This document shows, piece after piece, positions 16,976 to 27,993 of a stretch of DNA of 64,000 nt. The notes beneath the pieces are model-generated. The model saw only the letters and a list, made by a program, of their open reading frames with translations, was not told where the DNA came from and did no database searches. Within the stretch, counting starts at the first letter, position 1. Each line of letters opens with the position of its first letter. Origin of the DNA: an uncultured Candidatus Saccharibacteria bacterium (lineage in GTDB: Bacteria > Patescibacteriota > Minisyncoccia > RBG-13-40-8-A); NCBI GenBank assembly GCA_965231075.1, contig OZ246412.1, positions 553,787 through 617,786 on the forward strand. The letters run 5' to 3'. A program made the position numbers and the translations under genes.

Positions 16976-18901
16976 ATGGAAACTATACTAGAAAATCTTA
17001 ACCCCAAGCAAAGCGAAGCGGTGACCACGATTGATGGACCGATTTTGATATTGGCTGGACCGGGATCGGGCAAGACAAAAGTGCTCACCCATCGCTTGGC
17101 CTATATGGTAAAATCGGGGATTTTCCCACAAAATATCTTAGCGGTAACATTTACCAACAAAGCGGCCGGTGAAATGAAAAATCGAATGCAAACCCTGTTA
17201 AAAAATGAGAATTTTATACCATTTATTGGCACGTTTCACTCTTTTTGTTTAAAAACCCTTCGCAAAGAAATTCCTAAGCTAGGATATAAATCCAGTTTTG
17301 TAATTTATGATGAAGATGATCAATTGGCTATCGTTAAAGACGTTATTAAACGCCTAGATATCAATCCCGATCAGTTCTCTGCCAAACGCGCCCTACACAC
17401 AATTTCTTCTTTGAAAAACGAAATTATTGATTACAAAGAATATGAAAATAATGCGCAAGAATTTTTCGAAAAAATAATTGCCAAAATTTATAGAGGATAT
17501 CAGGAAGAATTGCAAAAAAATAACGCCCTAGATTTTGACGATCTAATTATGTTCATGGTTAGAATCTTCGAAGAACGACCTGATGTTTTGGAGAGATACC
17601 AAGAAGAATACAAATATATCATGGTCGATGAATACCAAGACACCGATCCATCACAATATAAATTGATTAAGTTGTTATCCGCAAAATACAAAAACGTTTG
17701 CGTAGTAGGCGACGATGCTCAGTCGATTTATTCTTTCAGAAACGCTGATTTTAGAAATATTTTAAATTTTGAAAAGGATTATCCGCAAGCTAAAGTCGTA
17801 ACTCTCGACCAAAATTATCGATCAACACAAAATATTTTAGATGCTGCCTCAAAATTGATTTCTAAAAATGTCTATCAAAAACCGAAAAATCTTTGGACAG
17901 AAAATCCTTCCGGTCCACTGATTAATATCGTCGGGACTTGGAACGAAAAAAGTGAAGCTGAATTTATCGTTAAAAAAATCGTTGAATTAACCCAACAAGG
18001 GTATAAATTAAGCGATTTCGCAATTTTTTACAGAACCAATGCTCAGTCACGTGCCGTGGAAGAAGCGTTTATTAAAAACAATATTCCTTACAAACTAGTC
18101 GGAGCAATCCGGTTTTATCAGAGAAGAGAAATTAAGGATTTAATCGGATACCTAAAATATGTTTCCAATGGCGATGAATTGAGTTTGAAAAGAATCATCA
18201 ATACTCCTACTCGAGGTGTAGGCAAAATTACGATCGATAAAATTCTCCAACAGGGCGTTGAAAAAATTGCTGAAGAAAAAAATGAAGTGGGGTTATTTCA
18301 TAAAATTATCCAAAAAGCTAAAGAACTCGCCTTAAATTCTCCTCTGTCGAAACTTTTGAAATTTATTCTCAAAGAAACTGAATATCAAAATTATTTAAAG
18401 AAAGAATATGGTGACAACGAATTGCAAGCTGGGCTTTCCGAAGATGAAGCGCGTTGGCAGAATGTGGAAGAATTGGTTAGCGTCGCTGCCGAATACGACG
18501 ATCTCCCGCCGCCACAAGGACTAAATGAGTTCCTGGAAAAAACCGCTTTACTTTCTGATGCTGATGAGATTCAAAACAATCAAAATGTCGTACACTTAAT
18601 GACTTTGCACACCGCTAAAGGATTGGAGTTTCCCGTGATCTTTATTATTGGTTGTGAGGAAGGAATTCTCCCTCATTCACGAAGCTTGTTGAATCCGCTG
18701 GATATTGAAGAAGAACGCCGATTATTCTATGTTGGTATTACCAGAAGCAAAATCCATCTACATTTAATCGTTTCTCAACGCAGAACGAGTTGGGGATCGC
18801 AGGAAGCAAATCCGCCTTCAAGGTTTTTGTCGGAGATACCCGAACATCTAATAAATTATGAAGATTTTGAACCAGATATTAAGGGACTGATAGACTTCTA
18901 A
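16976..18901 (+). CDS. pcrA: ATP-dependent DNA helicase PcrA/UvrD
   Basis: LAGPGSGKT, VTFTNKAA, VDEYQDT, VGDDAQSIYSFR, MTLHTAKGLEF, EERRLFYVGITR. Confidence 0.93.
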   Translation: METILENLNPKQSEAVTTIDGPILILAGPGSGKTKVLTHRLAYMVKSGIFPQNILAVTFTNKAAGEMKNRMQTLLKNENFIPFIGTFHSFCLKTLRKEIPKLGYKSSFVIYDEDDQLAIVKDVIKRLDINPDQFSAKRALHTISSLKNEIIDYKEYENNAQEFFEKIIAKIYRGYQEELQKNNALDFDDLIMFMVRIFEERPDVLERYQEEYKYIMVDEYQDTDPSQYKLIKLLSAKYKNVCVVGDDAQSIYSFRNADFRNILNFEKDYPQAKVVTLDQNYRSTQNILDAASKLISKNVYQKPKNLWTENPSGPLINIVGTWNEKSEAEFIVKKIVELTQQGYKLSDFAIFYRTNAQSRAVEEAFIKNNIPYKLVGAIRFYQRREIKDLIGYLKYVSNGDELSLKRIINTPTRGVGKITIDKILQQGVEKIAEEKNEVGLFHKIIQKAKELALNSPLSKLLKFILKETEYQNYLKKEYGDNELQAGLSEDEARWQNVEELVSVAAEYDDLPPPQGLNEFLEKTALLSDADEIQNNQNVVHLMTLHTAKGLEFPVIFIIGCEEGILPHSRSLLNPLDIEEERRLFYVGITRSKIHLHLIVSQRRTSWGSQEANPPSRFLSEIPEHLINYEDFEPDIKGLIDF

Positions 18902-18944
18902 CAAATTTCTAATTATTTTAATTGACTCAATTGTTCTAAGTCCG

Positions 18945-19748
18945 ATGATAGAAATCCAAAAAATTCTTAATAAATACAACACCAAACCCAATAAATTCAT
19001 GGGGCAGAATTTTTTGATTGATGAGAATGTTTTAAATAAAATTTTAGAAACTTCCAACATTAAACCAAATGACATTGTGCTAGAAATTGGTCCTGGTTTA
19101 GGAGTTTTAACGTTAGAATTAGCAAAAAAAGCTAAAAAAGTTATTGCCATCGAAAAAGATAAAGAATTATGTGAAATATTGCAAAACGTTCTAATTGCTC
19201 AAAATGTTAAAAATGTTGAAATTATCCACGACGATATCTTGCGATTAAAACAAATACAACAATTACAACATTACAAAGTCGTTGCAAATATTCCCTACTA
19301 TCTAACCTCTCTCTTGATCAGAATGTTTTTAGAAACAAATAATCGACCATCGGAAATAATTTTAATGATTCAAAAAGAAGTTGCAGAAAGAATTTGTGCC
19401 GTTCCACCAAAAATGTCCTTACTCGCCGTGTCGGTACAGTTTTACGCTAAACCGGAAATTATTTCCTTCGTTTCAAAAAATAGTTTTTATCCCGTGCCAG
19501 AAGTAGATTCGGCTATCATTAAAATCGTACCTCAAACAAAACTGGAAATCGACACAAAAAAGTTTTTTGGGATTGTGAAGAAAGGATTCGCATCAAAGAG
19601 AAAAATGTTAATTAATAATTTAAAGTCCGAATTTCAAAATCCAAATATCAAATCAATTCTTGAAAACATCGGACTAAATCCAAAAGTTCGGGCAGAAAAT
19701 TTATCGATTGACGACTGGATAAAAATCTATGAACAAACAAATCTTTAA
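18945..19748 (+). CDS. rsmA: 16S rRNA adenine dimethyltransferase RsmA/KsgA
   Basis: GQNFL, LEIGPGLG, VANIPYY, QKEVAERI, FYPVPEVDS, RAENLS. Confidence 0.95.
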   Translation: MIEIQKILNKYNTKPNKFMGQNFLIDENVLNKILETSNIKPNDIVLEIGPGLGVLTLELAKKAKKVIAIEKDKELCEILQNVLIAQNVKNVEIIHDDILRLKQIQQLQHYKVVANIPYYLTSLLIRMFLETNNRPSEIILMIQKEVAERICAVPPKMSLLAVSVQFYAKPEIISFVSKNSFYPVPEVDSAIIKIVPQTKLEIDTKKFFGIVKKGFASKRKMLINNLKSEFQNPNIKSILENIGLNPKVRAENLSIDDWIKIYEQTNL

Positions 19749-21369
19749 TCTTAAATTAAATATTATTTGGCTCTTACCGATTTTGAGCGGGTTATTATTG
19801 GTCCTATTTCCATTATTTGATTTTGGCTATCTGGTTTGGTTTTCATTGATTCCGTTGTTGTGGTTTATTTTTTCAAAATCAATCACAACAAAGAAATCGT
19901 TTCTGGGTGGACTATTAACTGGGACGATTTTTGGCGGAGGATTGTTGTTGTGGCTATTTGATACTGTACCATTCGAATTCATCGGTGTTGATAACGAAAA
20001 AGAAGTTGTGTTGGTCTTTTTTGTTTTCTTAGTTCTGTGGTTGATTCACATTATATTCATTGGATTATTCATTGGTGCTTTTTCTTGGGTGATAAAAAAA
20101 TTGTCATTGAAATTAAATTTTATCTGGCTTGTGTTTCTGATCCCCGGGGCCTGGATAGTTTTTGAATATTTGCGAGCATGGGGATTTAATGTTTTATGGC
20201 TAGGAAAAGAAACTCTGTGGAGCCCATATTGGACATGGGGGAACCTAGCATACTTTATACATAACCATTATCCTCTGACGCAAATCGCCAACATTGGCGG
20301 AATTTATTTAATTGGCTTTTTAATTGTTTTGATTAACGTGCTGTTATTTTTATTAATTTATAAATTCAAACAATCAACGCTATCTTCAAAACTATTTATC
20401 TCGATACTTGTATCCGTCGCATTGATTCTATCTTTATGGATGATTTATGGAACCCACCAACTAAATGGGCACCAAAACACAAATACAGTTAAACTAGCTA
20501 TCTTGCAAACCAATTTCGCCTCGGGAAATGAGCTAAATGCTTACAATAAATTGGCCGTGTTTAATATCATTAAAGAACTGTTTCAAAAGTTTGACAATGT
20601 CGACCAAAAACCTGATATTGTCATTGAGCCAGAAGGATTCAGTTTTGTTACAATGTCTGGGAACAATAATATCGCTAAACATATTTTGGGAGATTTTTGG
20701 GAGCCGGGTCAAATATTTGTCGAAAATCAAAAATTTTCCGATGAAGATAAAAAAACAAAATCTCGATTATTTTATCTTGACCTAGACAAAAAACAACCAA
20801 TCGCTTTTTACGATAAAACATTTTTGATGCCTAACGGAGATTATTTGCCATACATCACAGAATTATTTCTAAAAATGTATTCATTTAAATCCGATTTAAG
20901 TCAGAAATTTTTCTCTCGCGGCAGTTCTTTTAGTGTGGCTGAAACGCCAAAAGGAGTTTTAGGTGGGACGATATGCACAGGATTTATGTCGCCAAATGAA
21001 AATAGGCAAATGGCCAAAAATAAAGCAACAATCTTGATTTCGGCCTCTAGCGACGCTCCGTTTCACGGATCTAAAAAACTTTTGAATCAAATTATTGGAA
21101 TGACGAAATTCCGTGCCATAGAAAATCACCGTTATTTTGCACAAGCCACAAACATGGGATACTCTTTCTTGCTTGATTATCACGGATTAATTGTTGATAA
21201 ACCAGAAAAAATAGATAATCGTATAATAATCGTTGACGCCGAACTTTCAAATGTCGAAACCTTTTATACAAAACTCGGCGACTGGATAATTTATTTGGCG
21301 ATTTTAACACTATTGATGGTTTGGTTATCTTATTTTTTGAAAAATGTTATAATTAAATATATCAAATAA
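19729..21369 (+). CDS. lnt: apolipoprotein N-acyltransferase (divergent)
   Basis: N-terminal TMs, WIVFEYLR, QTN, triad motifs EPEG / YDKTFLMPNGDY / ICTG, RAIENHR, ATNMGYS, TFYTKLGDW. Confidence 0.8.
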   Translation: MNKQIFNLKLNIIWLLPILSGLLLVLFPLFDFGYLVWFSLIPLLWFIFSKSITTKKSFLGGLLTGTIFGGGLLLWLFDTVPFEFIGVDNEKEVVLVFFVFLVLWLIHIIFIGLFIGAFSWVIKKLSLKLNFIWLVFLIPGAWIVFEYLRAWGFNVLWLGKETLWSPYWTWGNLAYFIHNHYPLTQIANIGGIYLIGFLIVLINVLLFLLIYKFKQSTLSSKLFISILVSVALILSLWMIYGTHQLNGHQNTNTVKLAILQTNFASGNELNAYNKLAVFNIIKELFQKFDNVDQKPDIVIEPEGFSFVTMSGNNNIAKHILGDFWEPGQIFVENQKFSDEDKKTKSRLFYLDLDKKQPIAFYDKTFLMPNGDYLPYITELFLKMYSFKSDLSQKFFSRGSSFSVAETPKGVLGGTICTGFMSPNENRQMAKNKATILISASSDAPFHGSKKLLNQIIGMTKFRAIENHRYFAQATNMGYSFLLDYHGLIVDKPEKIDNRIIIVDAELSNVETFYTKLGDWIIYLAILTLLMVWLSYFLKNVIIKYIK

Positions 21370-21422
21370 ATTTGATGAATATTGATCTATCTTGACATTT
21401 AAATTTTTGATATAATAAAGAT

Positions 21423-22439
21423 ATGAAAATCAAAATAAAAAAATCGCGCTTAGCTATAATTCCATTAGCAATAGTTTTTGCTATTGGATTAATTTTATTT
21501 ATCGGTGCTTTTGCAAAAAAAGATGCCTTCTCAACATATAATTTATGGGGGGCGAAACAAACAATTGTCGAATCGCAAAACCTTGATACTGATAATGATG
21601 GGTTAAAAGATTGGGAAGAAGAACTATACAAGACCGACAAATTAAATCCTGACACTGATAATGATGGGTATCTAGATGGAGAAGAAATTAACTCCGGAAA
21701 CAACCCTTTAATTAAGGCCCCTGGAGACGAGGAAATGTTTTATCCTCTTCCGTTGGGAAATCGTTATAATATCACCAATAAAATTCTAAATAGTGAATTT
21801 ATCGATTCGATACTGGAGTCGTATATAGCTCAGAAAAACGAATACATTAACGACCATCAGATTTCGTCGCCAGGTCAATACGATGCAGCGACTAAAGATA
21901 CCACTATCCAGACCATGTTTACAAGAGCAATTGCCGACGGTTATCCGAAATTAATTGAAAGCGCAAATCAAATGTTGGAAGACATGCCGGAAATTTTCAA
22001 TTTGCGGGTCGCCGATCAAGATATTGTCCTATCAGATAATAATAGTGTAGAAAATATTAATACCTATATTTCACGAGCGTCGTCAGTATTGAAATCAAAA
22101 ACATTTTTTTTGCAACAGCAAAGCTTGTCTGCTATAACAGCCGCATTTAAAGAAGGTGATTTTTCCAAAATAGATATAATTATTAAGGATAATACCAACA
22201 AAATAGATTTATTAAAAGAAATTATTGTCCCCTCTTCATGGAAAGATGTTCACAAAGAAGGATTGCAGCTCATCTTAACGATAAGAAATATTTTTATCTC
22301 GTTCCGAGATCTTCCTAATGATCCATTAAAAGCCTATGTAGCTGTAAATGAATTTGAAAAATTTCCCGAGAGATGGAATAAGTTTTTAGAAAAAGTAATT
22401 AATTTGGCGAAACAACAAAATATAGAAATTAATTTATAA
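21423..22439 (+). CDS. membrane-anchored protein with bacterial TSP3-type Ca-binding repeats
   Basis: DTDNDGLKDWEE...NPDTDNDGYLDGEE after an N-terminal TM. Confidence 0.75.
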   Translation: MKIKIKKSRLAIIPLAIVFAIGLILFIGAFAKKDAFSTYNLWGAKQTIVESQNLDTDNDGLKDWEEELYKTDKLNPDTDNDGYLDGEEINSGNNPLIKAPGDEEMFYPLPLGNRYNITNKILNSEFIDSILESYIAQKNEYINDHQISSPGQYDAATKDTTIQTMFTRAIADGYPKLIESANQMLEDMPEIFNLRVADQDIVLSDNNSVENINTYISRASSVLKSKTFFLQQQSLSAITAAFKEGDFSKIDIIIKDNTNKIDLLKEIIVPSSWKDVHKEGLQLILTIRNIFISFRDLPNDPLKAYVAVNEFEKFPERWNKFLEKVINLAKQQNIEINL

Positions 22440-22443
22440 AAAC

Positions 22444-25320
22444 ATGCTCACAAAATTTCAAAAAACGATTATATTCTCATTGGTCTTTTGTCTGATGTTC
22501 GGTTTGGTCTTTAATATATTTATTATAAAACCGAAATCAGTTGAGGCGACCGACGGAGGCGCGGGATGGGTACAGGCGATTAAAGATCTGGTACTTGATG
22601 CTGTTGGCTGGGCTGTAACAGATCAAATCTTACAACCACTAAAACAAAAGATTCAAGATTGGGGCATGGGCAAAACTAGCGACGACAACAAACCATTTTT
22701 TGTTATTGACTGGAAAGAGTTTGCCAACGAAGCTTTAGATGTCGCTTCAGCAAGATTTATAGAAGAAGTGGGACTAACCAAGCTTTGTGGTCCACTAAGA
22801 ATTAGTATTGGTCAAAACCCATTGTTTACAACATATTATACTGACCAACCGAAATATAAAAATTATGCTGCCTGTACACTCGACTCTGTTATAAGTAACG
22901 TGGATTCATTTCTCGATAATCCATCGATTAGCGTTTTTGGTTGGAATGCTTGGTCAGTTTTAACACAACCAAATAATAATTTTCTGGGCGCCTACCTGTT
23001 GGCTAGTCAAAGAAGCATAGAAATCGCCAATGAGGAAGCTAAGGCCAAAGACAAAGAAGTGGCTGCTAGTGGTGGGGTGAAAAACGAGACCACCACAAAC
23101 GAAACCGATACAGATGCTTGCCTTAAAAAGTGTGATTCAGAATTTGACGTGAATAGAGAAAACAATGGTCAGCTGTGGGAAGATTGCACCGATAAATGTG
23201 AAACCACAACTAAAGGAGTCCCCACAAAAAGTTCAGTTAAAAACCTCGGTTCGACAATAAAGAAAAATATCGACGACGCTCTGGGAGCAGATATGAGTAG
23301 AATCATTAGTGCTGATGAAATTAGTGAGCTCGTTGGTGTATTTTTTAGTGCCGTTATAAACAAAGCAATCGATGGGTTGGGGTTGGTACCATCTAGTGCG
23401 AATAAAACCGCAGCAGAAGAATCTCGCGATGAAATGAATGACCTTTATTCCTATGGAGATGGCAGCAATGAGATGACCGAAGAAACAAAACAGAATATTC
23501 GTTTGTCAGTTTTAAACGGAATGCTTAAGGGCGTGCAGATGATATCTAGATCAACAGCAAAATGTGAAGACGAAGATACCATGATAACCGATTTGGATTT
23601 TAATAAAAATATTAGTGATATATACTCAGCACAATTAGAGGCGCTGTATGTGGGAACTGCAGGGGTAAATCTCAAACCGGATTTTATAGTTTTGGATTCT
23701 CCGTATGCGCCATTTTCTCTATATGGTTATGGATGGAGCAATATTCCGGGAGTTAAAATGCCAGCTAAATGCAAGAAAATAACTGCCCAGGCAGGATTAG
23801 GATCGTCTGGTTCTTGTACAAATATCGTCAGCGGTCTTGAACCAAATTATAGTCCCAACTGTAAGAGATGCATATATGATGGAAGCGAATTAAATTGTCC
23901 TCCTGCGCCGTATCCTCCGTTCAGCAGCGTATCGGGGGATGTGGTAACGCCAGTGATCCCAGACGATGCAACGATTTTAGCCAAACAAGATTTTTATAAT
24001 AAATGCATGGAATGGTATGACGTAACTAAAAATAGATGCAGTGATTGCGTGAAGAAGGCTGATGCTAAATGTAATCAGGGGGACGAAATTGAAAAACAAG
24101 CATGCATTGAAGATGTCTGTAATAATTATGATGACCTTAAGCCACACGTTGCGTCTACTATCACTAGTAGCGTCGATTTTTACAACAAATGTCTATTAGA
24201 AGAAAAAAAATCTTCCTGCTTTACTTGTCTTAAAGAATATTTTATGCCTGCTTCATACTGTGACACTATGACTGAGTTTACAGCCAGATCATTAATCAAA
24301 TATCCTGCTGTCGTACTAGCGACAAATGTTGACGACGGTCGTTCTGTGGGAAGATACGACTCTACTTTTCAGGAAGCATTTGAAGATAGAGCTACCGAAT
24401 GTAATAACGATAAAAACAGAGGAGCAGCAATCGAAGTAAGCCTAATCTGCAGAATTATGCCAGAGTTCAAACATAATGGCATACAAATCTGTAGACAATA
24501 TTGTATGGGAAGCGGAATGACTGAAATAGAATTGAACGACATTTTAGATAATCGGCCAACTGATGGAGACTGTAATAACAAAAAAATAGGGATTGGTGGC
24601 TCAATTAACGTTTGGGATGTTGTTAAGAATGGAAACTTTCAACAACTAAGCAAATGTTGTGCAGCCACTAACACCACAAGCGTAAAAAAATATTCTACTT
24701 GTATAGGAGCATCGCAGCCCGCCGAAATCTGTACTTATGCGGTGCCACCAGAACAAGAGCCTTGGTGTTATTGTAGTGAAGGATATCGTCCACTGGGATT
24801 TACAAGAACCGGATTTCCACGATCTAGTGGATTGGGTGGGGATTGTAGTAATACTTCAGTTATTGATTGGACTACCAGTGGAATATCAGCGATACCATCT
24901 GGAAGAGAGGTTTACATATATACCAGCAATCAACCAGTAGACAGTGATATATATTATATTGCTAAGGGAGAATGCACCGAGAAAGACAATAATTGGGAGA
25001 ATGCCACTGGTCAAGGACTCGAAGATGGACAAGTTGACGAAGCTTATCATAATTTCACTATGAGTGAAATAACTCAACCATCGAGCGTAATTTGTTCCGG
25101 AAGTGGCGCAAATAGTGATTTTCAGTGCAATGAGGCAGCGGGACAATCGAGTCTCAATCTGGGGGTTTACCACACACAATTATTAGGACTTGGAGCCCCC
25201 GAATCTTCCACAGGGGTCCATATGTGTGCAAAATGCGAATCGTCTGATTCCGGATATCCGAGTTATGGATACAAAGATAAGTCAGGATATACGTCGGATC
25301 AATGCACTGGCAAACAATAA
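22444..25320 (+). CDS. large exported cysteine-rich protein
   Basis: Signal peptide, 958 aa, about 40 Cys with many CxxC/CxxxC pairs. Confidence 0.75.
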   Translation: MLTKFQKTIIFSLVFCLMFGLVFNIFIIKPKSVEATDGGAGWVQAIKDLVLDAVGWAVTDQILQPLKQKIQDWGMGKTSDDNKPFFVIDWKEFANEALDVASARFIEEVGLTKLCGPLRISIGQNPLFTTYYTDQPKYKNYAACTLDSVISNVDSFLDNPSISVFGWNAWSVLTQPNNNFLGAYLLASQRSIEIANEEAKAKDKEVAASGGVKNETTTNETDTDACLKKCDSEFDVNRENNGQLWEDCTDKCETTTKGVPTKSSVKNLGSTIKKNIDDALGADMSRIISADEISELVGVFFSAVINKAIDGLGLVPSSANKTAAEESRDEMNDLYSYGDGSNEMTEETKQNIRLSVLNGMLKGVQMISRSTAKCEDEDTMITDLDFNKNISDIYSAQLEALYVGTAGVNLKPDFIVLDSPYAPFSLYGYGWSNIPGVKMPAKCKKITAQAGLGSSGSCTNIVSGLEPNYSPNCKRCIYDGSELNCPPAPYPPFSSVSGDVVTPVIPDDATILAKQDFYNKCMEWYDVTKNRCSDCVKKADAKCNQGDEIEKQACIEDVCNNYDDLKPHVASTITSSVDFYNKCLLEEKKSSCFTCLKEYFMPASYCDTMTEFTARSLIKYPAVVLATNVDDGRSVGRYDSTFQEAFEDRATECNNDKNRGAAIEVSLICRIMPEFKHNGIQICRQYCMGSGMTEIELNDILDNRPTDGDCNNKKIGIGGSINVWDVVKNGNFQQLSKCCAATNTTSVKKYSTCIGASQPAEICTYAVPPEQEPWCYCSEGYRPLGFTRTGFPRSSGLGGDCSNTSVIDWTTSGISAIPSGREVYIYTSNQPVDSDIYYIAKGECTEKDNNWENATGQGLEDGQVDEAYHNFTMSEITQPSSVICSGSGANSDFQCNEAAGQSSLNLGVYHTQLLGLGAPESSTGVHMCAKCESSDSGYPSYGYKDKSGYTSDQCTGKQ

Positions 25321-25334
25321 TGGTAATAAAATTT

Positions 25335-27572
25335 ATGAAAACAAACATGAAATCAAAATATAAAATTTCAACAATAACAATGATCGTAAGTATTGTTATG
25401 TTGGGAGTTATTGTCCCTGCGTATGCCCACGCAGGAGTCTTTAGTTTTATCGGAGATATCTTAGGAAATGTGGCCGCGGACTTGTTGTCGCTCTTAGTTG
25501 GTCTGATTCAGGGATTGTTGGGATTGTTAATAAAAGTTGGAGCTGCTTTTTTTGAGACAATGTTGAATTTTGGTTTCACTAGGAATTCTAGCGTTGATAT
25601 CGTTAAAACCGGATGGACGGTAACTAGAGATTTTGCAAATATGTTGTTTATACTCTTTATGATTGTGATTGCGTTTGCGACAATATTAAGAATAGAGGGC
25701 TACGGTATAAAAAAATTATTACCGAAGGTTATTGGTATAGCTCTTTTAATCAACTTCAGCATGGTACTATGTTCGGTGGTTGTTGACTTCAGCAATATTA
25801 CCGCCAATTTTTTTGTTAAGGATATAAACACCAAACTAAATGGCAAAACCATGGGAGCAGTGTTTGTGGATAGCATGAATCTATCCAAAATATTAACGTC
25901 TCAGATTGATTATAGTGGTTGTGACAAAACTTATCGAGAGGAACTATCGTCTTGTGATGAAATGAGAAAAACCATGGTGCCGGGTGATTATCAAAAATGT
26001 AGAACAAACGCCCAAAACGTAAGGGTTGCTTGTGAACAACAACTAGCAATAGCCGCACAAAACGCAGCTAAGCCCAAAAACGGATTAATTGAACTTATGG
26101 ATGTATTAATCTCTGGAATCTTTGGATCAATATTGTTGCTAATTGTAGTATTCACATTCTTCGCTGGAGGAGTCCTCTTGTTGATTAGAATGATATCCAT
26201 ATGGTTCTTGATCATGATCGTTCCCTTAGTTTTTATTTGCTACATAATACCGTCACTAAACTCTAATTGGAAAAAGTGGTGGGGAAAATTTCTCAATTGG
26301 TGTATTTTTGCACCTGCCTACAGTTTCTTTATCTGGTTAGCAATCAAAGTATCTATAGAACAATCCAATAAGAAAATCGTTGCAGGCATATCTAGTGCCA
26401 ATAATTATATATCAGACCCCGGAGTAACTAATAATCCGTTTATATTTAACCCTGGTCAAAATTTAATAAGTTTTGCATTTATCATTGCCCTTTTGGTCGG
26501 TGGGCTAATTGTAGCTAAATCTCTCGGAGTGTATGGAGCAGACACTGTGATGAAAATTGCAACCAACGCTAGAAAGGGTGCGACCGATTGGGCAAAGAGA
26601 AAAAGTACTGGCGCAGCTAAAGAGTTGGGCGCTAGAGGTGCTGGGTCATTGAAACAGGGGGTGGGGTCAATACTAAAAATGAAATACAGCCCATTTAAGA
26701 GTACGGGCAGGAGAATGGAAGCAGGTGGCAAGTTAATGAAACAGGACTCTGCTAGTGCCAAGGAAGTTGAAGCGTACAAGAAACGATTAGCTGTAATGTC
26801 GAGGGAAGATATGGTGGCCGAAATAAATTCCCCGCATTTACGAAAATCATTTAAATTAGCAGCCATACAAGAGGCTCAAAAGCGTGGAGACTTATCCAAA
26901 ACTGACAACCTCGACGCGATAAGATCATCTGTCAACACCCTCAAGGCTTACGGATACGATAAAAGCTCTTCGGATCTTCAGAATAATAGAGCAGACGCCA
27001 TTGAGGACAGAACAAAACAAAAAGAAATTGTCGAAAAAATGGCAAAAGAAGGTAAGCTTGGAGAGTTGTCTCTGCAAGCGATAAAGGATGAAAACGTAAC
27101 AGCATTATTGGCAGAGGTGTGTGAGCCACAACAACTCGAAGCAATAAGAAACACTTCTCGTCAACATGCTGAAGCTCTAGATAAGGCCCTAGAAGATATT
27201 ACCAATCCATTAAATGCAGCTGCCATGACAGCTAAACATATAAATCCTGCTCTAGAGAAAATACAACACGCTTATGCGGCTCAAACGGGCAAACTTGATA
27301 GATTAACCGCTGGCCCAACAGGTACGGCGCAATCATTTATAAAAGAGGTTGGGGCAAATTACGCCCTTAAGCGTGTTAAATCTGTCCCCGCAACAGCAAT
27401 GCCCGATATCGTGCCAAATATTCCCGTAAATAAACTTAAATCAATGATAGCAGAAATGGAAGATACTGCCGCAAAAGAAGTTATAACATACATCAAACAT
27501 ACACTGCCAAATACGCACGATTTATGGAAGCTTGTAGACAAAGATGAGTCCCTAAAGAATATCGCCCCATAA
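25335..27572 (+). CDS. VirB6/TrbL-like polytopic membrane protein
   Basis: GWTVTRDFANMLFI, LIRMISIWFLIMIVPLVF, WKKWWGKFL...FAP pattern; position before PrgI/VirB4; start approximate. Confidence 0.7.
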   Translation: MKTNMKSKYKISTITMIVSIVMLGVIVPAYAHAGVFSFIGDILGNVAADLLSLLVGLIQGLLGLLIKVGAAFFETMLNFGFTRNSSVDIVKTGWTVTRDFANMLFILFMIVIAFATILRIEGYGIKKLLPKVIGIALLINFSMVLCSVVVDFSNITANFFVKDINTKLNGKTMGAVFVDSMNLSKILTSQIDYSGCDKTYREELSSCDEMRKTMVPGDYQKCRTNAQNVRVACEQQLAIAAQNAAKPKNGLIELMDVLISGIFGSILLLIVVFTFFAGGVLLLIRMISIWFLIMIVPLVFICYIIPSLNSNWKKWWGKFLNWCIFAPAYSFFIWLAIKVSIEQSNKKIVAGISSANNYISDPGVTNNPFIFNPGQNLISFAFIIALLVGGLIVAKSLGVYGADTVMKIATNARKGATDWAKRKSTGAAKELGARGAGSLKQGVGSILKMKYSPFKSTGRRMEAGGKLMKQDSASAKEVEAYKKRLAVMSREDMVAEINSPHLRKSFKLAAIQEAQKRGDLSKTDNLDAIRSSVNTLKAYGYDKSSSDLQNNRADAIEDRTKQKEIVEKMAKEGKLGELSLQAIKDENVTALLAEVCEPQQLEAIRNTSRQHAEALDKALEDITNPLNAAAMTAKHINPALEKIQHAYAAQTGKLDRLTAGPTGTAQSFIKEVGANYALKRVKSVPATAMPDIVPNIPVNKLKSMIAEMEDTAAKEVITYIKHTLPNTHDLWKLVDKDESLKNIAP

Positions 27573-27578
27573 TCTTTT

Positions 27579-27989
27579 ATGCAATTTCAAGTACCACAAT
27601 TTATTGACATTGAGGACAAGGTTATTGGTCCCCTAACGATTAAACAATTCCTATATCTTTTAGCGGGCGGTGTTATTGTGTTTATCCTTTACAAAACATT
27701 GAATCTATTTGCGACAATTGTCCTGGGAGTTCCCATAGTGGGTATTGCTATTGCTCTTGCTTTTGCAAAAATTGGCAACCAGCCGTTTATTAATTTCTTA
27801 AAAAATTTCATTGGATTTGTTAAAAGACCGGATTTCTATGTTTGGAAAAAACCGATAGGAAAAAATAAGATTGTTGAACCAAACGAAGATATCGAAATCA
27901 TCCAAAAAGTGCCAGCCAAAACAAAGCTTAATCCAGAAGCTAAAGATAGTTTACAGGACATGGGATGGAAAGTAGAAATCGAAAAATAA
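27579..27989 (+). CDS. PrgI family protein
   Basis: MQFQVPQFIDIEDKVIGPLTIKQFLYL, two TMs. Confidence 0.88.
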   Translation: MQFQVPQFIDIEDKVIGPLTIKQFLYLLAGGVIVFILYKTLNLFATIVLGVPIVGIAIALAFAKIGNQPFINFLKNFIGFVKRPDFYVWKKPIGKNKIVEPNEDIEIIQKVPAKTKLNPEAKDSLQDMGWKVEIEK

Positions 27990-27993
27990 TATT

